The notes below the pieces were generated by a model that saw only the letters and a program-made list of their open reading frames with translations, was not told the origin of the DNA and made no database searches. This document shows, piece by piece, positions 58,771 to 64,000 of a stretch of 64,000 nt of DNA. Numbering within the stretch: position 1 is the stretch's first letter; every line of letters starts with the position of its first letter. The DNA lies in the sequence record DRR723986_647; one strand, 5' to 3'. The position numbers were made by a program, and so were the translations under genes.

Positions 58771-59108
58771 GGCTTTTTTTGCTCCGATCCGGCGCGCTCA
58801 GAAGGCGGCGACAAAGTGAGCTCAAGGCACCTGGAAATTGCCGTTGCTGCCTCAGACATACCCGCCTTCACAATGGTCTCACCGGCGCGTTTTACCGCCG
58901 CCTCGTCCCCGAAATCCCCGCCGGTCATTGCCAAAAACAACACGGCCATGTCCCGCAGACGAAACTGGGGGAACCGATCCGTTAAAAACGGCACCAACCC
59001 CATACCAAAATGGTCCTCAAGGTCCATCATGGTGCCAATTGTAAGCCGCAAGCGCCGCTTGCGCCGCCCTACTTGCAAGCTTGTTTCGCCGCTTATCGCT
59101 CTAGCCAT
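58758..59108 (-). CDS. Tail assembly chaperone (GTA g10 / gpG-like)
   Basis: MARAISGE..L......LRLTIG.MMDLED.FG; ends at slippery site PGKL*. Confidence 0.8.
   Translation of the reverse strand: MARAISGETSLQVGRRKRRLRLTIGTMMDLEDHFGMGLVPFLTDRFPQFRLRDMAVLFLAMTGGDFGDEAAVKRAGETIVKAGMSEAATAISRCLELTLSPPSERAGSEQKKPGKL
58764..58779 (-). other. Tandem -1 ribosomal frameshift heptamers A AAA AAG and G GGA AAG
   Basis: Zero frame CAA AAA AAG CCG GGA AAG CTT TAA; both heptamers are in X XXY YYZ phase. Confidence 0.8.
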
Positions 59109-59121
59109 AGGTCAGCCCCAA

Positions 59122-59529
59122 TTAAACTGGTGTTGCCGTGATAGGCCCGGCAGAATCCAAATTGATATCGTAGGTTATGGCGTCTTCAGTGCCGCCGCTG
59201 ACACCCAGCGAAGATACAATAAACGGCCCCGTATAATTCATGAAGCCCGGCATCACGACCCGGCAGTTCAAGTGAGTTCCGGCCAGCACAGCGCTGTGCA
59301 CCGTGGCATAGGCGTCGCCGCTTACAAATATACCGTTACCAGACGTGTTAATCGACACTAAGCCACCACCATCAAGCATCTCTTTGAAACCGGCAGAGTC
59401 TTTCGTTGTAGCGTCAACAGCATTGCCATTGATTGTGAAACTATTGCTGGTAAACCCACCAACCGTTTCATAACCCCCTGCGCCGTCATCAACTTGTAAC
59501 AACAGCTCTTTTCCTTTTTGTGCAGACAT
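59122..59529 (-). CDS. Major tail tube protein (TP901-1 / RcGTA g9 family)
   Basis: MSAQKGKELLL, VDATTKDS.G..E.L.GGG, PGF..Y.GPF.V..L, Y.I.L.SAG.IT; AGGAGAGG SD. Confidence 0.9.
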   Translation of the reverse strand: MSAQKGKELLLQVDDGAGGYETVGGFTSNSFTINGNAVDATTKDSAGFKEMLDGGGLVSINTSGNGIFVSGDAYATVHSAVLAGTHLNCRVVMPGFMNYTGPFIVSSLGVSGGTEDAITYDINLDSAGPITATPV

Positions 59530-59689
59530 GCACCTCTCCTTTTGATTAAATTATTTGTGGTTAAATTACGTCATTAAAGTCAGCCGTATTAGGGCCACCA
59601 GATTTGGTGGTTTTTCCATTAAGCTTCATAGATTCAATGAGTTGAGCTTAGGTTTATCACCTTGAAGTACGGACACTTGTTCGCATTCG

Positions 59690-59705
59690 TTAGCAAATGG
59701 TTAAC
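59690..59705. promoter_or_regulatory. CtrA-like binding site
   Basis: TTAG-CAAATGG-TTAAC (one mismatch to TTAA-N7-TTAAC); the minus strand contains the TTAACCAT half-site. Confidence 0.5.
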
Positions 59706-59819
59706 TTTATTCTGCTTTCATACTGATCAACATTGTTATTGAGACGCGAAGATTTTTCTCGATTTATGAGCCTCGGTTGATTATGAAATTATTTCGATTG
59801 GGGTCTGTAGGAACAGACT

Positions 59820-60107
59820 ATGAATAAAGCAGACTATGCACTGGGACTATTACTTGCGCTCGCCATCGCACCAGTAGCGATATTCCCCGGTGCCCACTGG
59901 TCCGTTATTACCTGCCTAATTGCGGCGGCGGCAATTTTCATTCTTTTCGTCATTCCGGCCCCCAAAGAGCGCTGTAAAAGATGCGGCCATTACTTTAACC
60001 GCACAATATACAGCCGGTTCCTGAAGCGGGAAAAGGTCAAGAAATGCACTGATTGTCAGGCCGTGCCGCAAGCGAACAGCGCTGGACAAGACAGCCTGCC
60101 GGTTTAG
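59820..60107 (+). CDS. Small 2-TM protein with CxxC...CxxC zinc ribbon, antisense insert (moron-like)
   Basis: AGGA SD, two hydrophobic segments, CKRC and CTDC; stop overlaps the DUF3168 stop. Confidence 0.75.
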   Translation: MNKADYALGLLLALAIAPVAIFPGAHWSVITCLIAAAAIFILFVIPAPKERCKRCGHYFNRTIYSRFLKREKVKKCTDCQAVPQANSAGQDSLPV

Positions 60108-60520
60108 CTAACCACCTCATAAATTAATGCTGAGTATGTCACGCGGCCTCGATACAGGGCGCCTGCTTCGGTAAACTGGCGCACGACATTGGCACTGACA
60201 AGCCGAATTTCCACCAAGTCAAACCCATCCATATCCGGCCGGCTTTGGTGTAAAATTGTGTTCACATCTGACATCAATTCTTTTACTTCCATTTGGCTGG
60301 GTTCGCCTGACCAAACAGCAATGTCAAAGTTTACCCGCGTGCCGGACCTGTCTTTAAGGTCCGCTGGTTGAAGCGTGGTATCACCTAGAGAAATATAGGG
60401 GTATTGTGCATTTTGCGGTGGCTGGTCGTATATGCCTGTTAGCTTAAGCCCAAGCGTTGTGTCTGCGCTCAGCAGGGCGAAAACTGCTTCTTGCAGCTTA
60501 TGGCCAATGAATGCTGTCAT
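60104..60520 (-). CDS. Tail terminator protein (DUF3168)
   Basis: LQEAVFALL.AD..L, IYDQPP..A.YPYI.LG, .VWS, YRG. Confidence 0.88.
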   Translation of the reverse strand: MTAFIGHKLQEAVFALLSADTTLGLKLTGIYDQPPQNAQYPYISLGDTTLQPADLKDRSGTRVNFDIAVWSGEPSQMEVKELMSDVNTILHQSRPDMDGFDLVEIRLVSANVVRQFTEAGALYRGRVTYSALIYEVVS

Positions 60521-60556
60521 AAAAATGCCCTCAGTAGGGTAAGAGTGATGATGTGG

Positions 60557-60880
60557 TTAAATAAGAGTGGCCTGAAACTCAATTTTAGGCGTAAGCAGGC
60601 CCTTTTTCCGAGAGGACTGCACTTTGTAGCGATCTGGTCCAAACTCAATGGTGCGGGTGTTTTCATATTCCGGCTGGAACCATGTTTCAAAAGTAACAGA
60701 CCCGCGCAGGAATTGTTTACCGCTGCGTTCAAGTTTGCCTGACGACAGCTCGCCTATACTGGCCCAAACTTCGGCAATGATCGGCGAGGTTTGTGTCATG
60801 CGGCCACCTGCGCCCTGAGTGAAGGCTTCTGCCATAAGGGTAATGCGGTGGCGCATGGAGCCAGCATTTGCCGCCGTCAT
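60557..60880 (-). CDS. Head closure / head-tail joining protein
   Basis: AGSMRHRITL, GAGG, VWASI. Confidence 0.8.
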   Translation of the reverse strand: MTAANAGSMRHRITLMAEAFTQGAGGRMTQTSPIIAEVWASIGELSSGKLERSGKQFLRGSVTFETWFQPEYENTRTIEFGPDRYKVQSSRKKGLLTPKIEFQATLI

Positions 60881-61524
60881 AGCCGAACCCTTCGAAACGA
60901 ATGCAGCAAACCCGCAGCACCGCTTTCCTGAAGCAAATGGACTGAGGGCATGGCATCATCCCCGCGGCTAACATAAAGTTTAGCAGCAACCTTAATAATT
61001 GCTTGCTGAATTAGCTCTGGCACTGTGTTCCAGTCTGGCCCAAAGCCGACGGTTAAAGACATTTTTATCGCATCATAGGGGCGAGAAAGTTGTGGCCAAC
61101 TAGCGCCAGAAGCAAGCCGCACAGTGGAATCCAGGCCCGGTTGCAATGCATAGTTCTCTGCGGCCCATTCGGTTTCCTCGCCTGTTGCATCAAATAGTGT
61201 AATGGCATTTATGAGGCTAACAGGGCGCACGGGAAGCATAAGGAAAGCTGCTGTATGAAGGCCCGGCACTAAGGTATCCATCTTGTCTGCAACGGACAGA
61301 CCCGCCGAACCCTGCCCCGAAAGGTCTGGCCAGGCGTCTGCATAAACATCAATGTTTCTGCCTATCAGATATAAACCTGTTGCCGCTTCAACCACAGCCC
61401 TGGCCGCAGCGGTAAAGCCGGAAATTGCAGCGTCTTCAAGGTCACTGTCAATTCGTAAATAGGCTTTGACCTCTTCCAGTAAAACAGGCTCATGCGCTGG
61501 CTCAGATGTTTGGACAATTCTCAT
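60877..61524 (-). CDS. Head-tail connector (gp6/gp15-like adaptor)
   Basis: P..EPV.LEEVKAYLRID...ED, AAR..VE..TG, GFG.....VP..IQQAI....A.LY..R. Confidence 0.88.
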   Translation of the reverse strand: MRIVQTSEPAHEPVLLEEVKAYLRIDSDLEDAAISGFTAAARAVVEAATGLYLIGRNIDVYADAWPDLSGQGSAGLSVADKMDTLVPGLHTAAFLMLPVRPVSLINAITLFDATGEETEWAAENYALQPGLDSTVRLASGASWPQLSRPYDAIKMSLTVGFGPDWNTVPELIQQAIIKVAAKLYVSRGDDAMPSVHLLQESGAAGLLHSFRRVRL

Positions 61525-61526
61525 AC

Positions 61527-61808
61527 TTATCGCTCCGCAATTCGAATGATCAGGCTTCGGTCTACTGTGCGAGCACCATCGGTTTGGATACGGCACGTAA
61601 GCCGGTAGCGCTCTCCGGGTGTCCCACCAGCGACAAACACACTGCGAGTTGCCTCGGCTTCTGTTTCAACACCAAGGGTCGGCGCAGAGATTCCAGCAGG
61701 GTCAATTGACCAAGTTGTTGACGTGATAGATTCGCCTGCTGCCAGCCAACTGCTCCAGTCAAGGCTATAGTCCACGCTGCTTGCGGGGTCTTTGAGGTAA
61801 ATGGTCAT
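61527..61808 (-). CDS. Virion structural protein (KDP..DY..DW..WL family; fibre-adaptor-like)
   Basis: KDPASSVDYSLDWSSWL..GESI, GGTPG..Y..TCRI.T..R..DRS; AAGGAG SD. Confidence 0.75.
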   Translation of the reverse strand: MTIYLKDPASSVDYSLDWSSWLAAGESITSTTWSIDPAGISAPTLGVETEAEATRSVFVAGGTPGERYRLTCRIQTDGARTVDRSLIIRIAER

Positions 61809-61879
61809 ACCATCTCCTTGATTATACTGTGTTTTTTTGAGCTAAAGGGCTTAAATTTACCGCGCAAAAGCAGCCCATA

Positions 61880-62335
61880 TTACGGCTGCGAGAACGACAG
61901 CCAACCATTGGGGCCATGACTGAAAGCAAGCGCCCCTCGCATCACCTCGCGCTGACCATTGCCTTGAGGGGCAAGGTCACAGAATGCAATCAAATTTTTC
62001 GTATCAGCCTTTGCACCAGGCAACCCGGCTGCAAACAACAAATAGCGAAAGGGTGGTAATGAAATTGGGTCACCGAACAAAATAGAATCAGACACAAGCC
62101 GAACGGCATCGCCAGCTACGCTCACAGACACCCCTGTTAGCGGCTTTGGATTATAATCAAGCCCCACTATTTCCGCAGCATTGACATCTGAAAATACTGT
62201 ATCATTCGCGGCATCAGAGGTGAAAGCCGGGCTCATAAGATGGGCGGATATGCCCTGATGGATATAGCCAGGCAACACTCCGCTAACGACATTTTTGAGT
62301 GTCTGCTTGTAAGCAATCATCTCGCCGATCAACAT
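61880..62335 (-). CDS. Hypothetical phage structural protein
   Basis: 151 aa, beta-rich, GGAG SD, located within the structural operon. Confidence 0.65.
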   Translation of the reverse strand: MLIGEMIAYKQTLKNVVSGVLPGYIHQGISAHLMSPAFTSDAANDTVFSDVNAAEIVGLDYNPKPLTGVSVSVAGDAVRLVSDSILFGDPISLPPFRYLLFAAGLPGAKADTKNLIAFCDLAPQGNGQREVMRGALAFSHGPNGWLSFSQP

Positions 62336-62385
62336 GGCACAGCTCCATTTTTCAAAAAATAATAAGGCAAAAAAGCAAAAGTACT

Positions 62386-62628
62386 TTAAACGCCGGTTAG
62401 CTTTCGACGGCCTGACCTGGACCTCACAGCTCGAGACCTGACTTGCGGAGCTACACCCTGTTTTCGCCCGGCCACAAAAGCAGGCGTATCGTCAGCAAAC
62501 ATGGTCAGGGCAGACGAAGAAACTGTGATAATGCCAAAATTAAGCGAGAGCATTTCACTGCGTATTCTGATTGCAGCCATTGGTGCGGCCGCAATAGTTG
62601 ATCCTAAAAGGGTCATGAGAATATCCAC
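62386..62628 (-). CDS. Hypothetical phage protein
   Basis: 80-aa co-oriented ORF filling the gap; basic C-terminus. Confidence 0.5.
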   Translation of the reverse strand: MDILMTLLGSTIAAAPMAAIRIRSEMLSLNFGIITVSSSALTMFADDTPAFVAGRKQGVAPQVRSRAVRSRSGRRKLTGV

Positions 62629-62686
62629 ATATTGCTGTAGTATTGGAATGCGAGACAGACAGATAGCCTATCTCACAGTTTTTCCG

Positions 62687-62890
62687 CTATTGGGCCAGTG
62701 ATTTGACATCATCGTTTGCTACCGCTGCACTTTTTGGTGCCTCTTCAGAAATAATAGCGGAAAGACAATTGAAAATATCCACATAAACCGGCATTTCTGC
62801 GCCTTGCATTTGTGTGCGTTGCAGAAACTGCAAGATGGCTTTTGCTTGCTCAACTGAGATCATGTTTGGTTGATTTTGGGTGTTTGTCAT
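62687..62890 (-). CDS. Hypothetical phage protein (possible fibre chaperone)
   Basis: AAGGAG SD; 67-aa helical protein directly after the fibre-like gene. Confidence 0.65.
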   Translation of the reverse strand: MTNTQNQPNMISVEQAKAILQFLQRTQMQGAEMPVYVDIFNCLSAIISEEAPKSAAVANDDVKSLAQ

Positions 62891-63063
62891 TGGGTAAACT
62901 CCTTCTATAGGCAGTTGGGTCGCCGCCTCACCATGAGCACGACATTTGAATATTAGGACACAATTAGATGGCCCTAATCAGGTTACAGATTGTGGAAAGC
63001 TTAAAGCGTACGGCGCCGATTTACGACGAACCACACCGACTAAAAAACTGCAGCTTGGTTGTT

Positions 63064-63999
63064 TTATCCGTTGTTGGAACGTGACAGCTCAACCCACAAC
63101 CCGCTATCATGGATAAGCACAAGCATGTCGGTGGACAGGTCCATTGTGAAATCACCGTTCAAGGCAATCGTAGCGCTATCCTTAACAACAACAGTATTGC
63201 TATCCGTTGCTGCTCTGAGCACTAAAATATCTCCGTTGTTGCCGCCATTTATGGTGGTTAAGTCGTCCGTGCTGCCGCTTTCAACGGCGATACGGTGAAA
63301 GCTTTTAGAAACAGTTACAGCCCCACTAGATATAGTGAGCGTTTCAACGCCTCCTAAAGATAACTTACCTTCAAGGTTTAATGACTTGTCTTCCTTGATC
63401 TCCGCAGCAAGTGCAAGACCCTCTGAGACATTCCGCACCCAAAACTGCATATCTGCATCACTGGTGGAAGAGCCGTTAAGTACGTTGATACGGGCCATTA
63501 CGCTATCGGCATTGTTAGCAAATTCTACGTTCCCTAGACCACTTCCAGCGGAACCGGCGTTGTTACGCCTTATAGTTATCTTGGCTGCGTTGCTGGCCGC
63601 AGATACCTGTAGGTCAGATATGCGGATGGCGGATGTATTGTTAAAGTCCCAATAGTCCGCACTGTGGTCCCAATGCAACCTATCGGTGGAGCCTGTTCTT
63701 ATTAATATATCATTAGCTTGAATGCTGTGCGTACTTCCGTAGAGGATTATATTTGCCCCGGTGGTGTCAGTACCTGAGTAGATATCAAGAGCGCTAGAGT
63801 TACTATCCCCGTGTATGGCTGGGACTGTTGTGGTGCCACTGAACTCTACATTTCCGCTGTTATCGACACCAATAGCGGTCGTTGATCCTATCTTTAGGTT
63901 AAATAATCCATCGCCAGCGCTCTCGCTATTTGATGTGAACTCGATAGCCGCTGCAAGAGAGCTATTTTGATAATACCCTATTTTGAATAGATCGGGGTC
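63064..63999 (-). CDS. Fibre/spike-like virion protein, C-terminal part (5' end outside window)
   Basis: Frame is open from the window edge (DPDLFKIGYYQN...) through the tracked 204 aa; beta-rich with C-terminal TDDL.TI.GG..GD.LVL...W.ELSRS. Confidence 0.75.
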   Translation of the reverse strand, partial: DPDLFKIGYYQNSSLAAAIEFTSNSESAGDGLFNLKIGSTTAIGVDNSGNVEFSGTTTVPAIHGDSNSSALDIYSGTDTTGANIILYGSTHSIQANDILIRTGSTDRLHWDHSADYWDFNNTSAIRISDLQVSAASNAAKITIRRNNAGSAGSGLGNVEFANNADSVMARINVLNGSSTSDADMQFWVRNVSEGLALAAEIKEDKSLNLEGKLSLGGVETLTISSGAVTVSKSFHRIAVESGSTDDLTTINGGNNGDILVLRAATDSNTVVVKDSATIALNGDFTMDLSTDMLVLIHDSGLWVELSRSNNG

Positions 64000-64000
64000 T

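Larger units (their letters stand above)
50221..64000 (-). mobile_element. GTA-like / prophage structural and lysis region (continues beyond window end)
   Basis: Co-oriented, tightly coupled genes for head-tail connector, closure, DUF3168, tail tube, TACs, TMP, distal tail, hub, tip, M15 endolysin and 3TM holin. Confidence 0.9.

Noticed and set aside
58583-58825. 80-aa ORF in the track downstream of the TAC gene
   Set aside because: Wrong frame; the chaperone-like motif is in the -1 frame ending at 58522

Overview
Alphaproteobacterial-looking window (about 50% GC by eye) with two large modules. (1) Positions 1-50048 are a cell-surface locus. It holds an ABC-transporter-dependent (group 2-like) capsule system (kpsM/T/E/D/F/S/C, kdsA/B/C, galE, several glycosyltransferases) with its own PAPS supply (cysD, cysNC), four sulfotransferase-fold genes and a TagD-like cytidylyltransferase/LicD pair. 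It also has a PrtD/PrtE-type T1SS, and two paralogous acidic RTX proteins (802 aa and 1410 aa) bracket most of the locus. A 5-gene LytTR/transporter/peroxiredoxin block interrupts it. (2) Positions 50221-64000 are the distal part of a GTA-like or prophage structural operon on the minus strand: fibre-like genes, neck, tail tube, frameshifting tail chaperones, a very short tape measure, a tail tip with collagen repeats, a lysis cassette and an AT-rich cargo gene. Two ORFs absent from the supplied track were found by hand: a -1 frameshift chaperone extension and a 32-aa membrane peptide between endolysin and holin. No rRNA, tRNA, CRISPR array, integrase or IS was recognised. All family calls come from motif recognition, not database searches.
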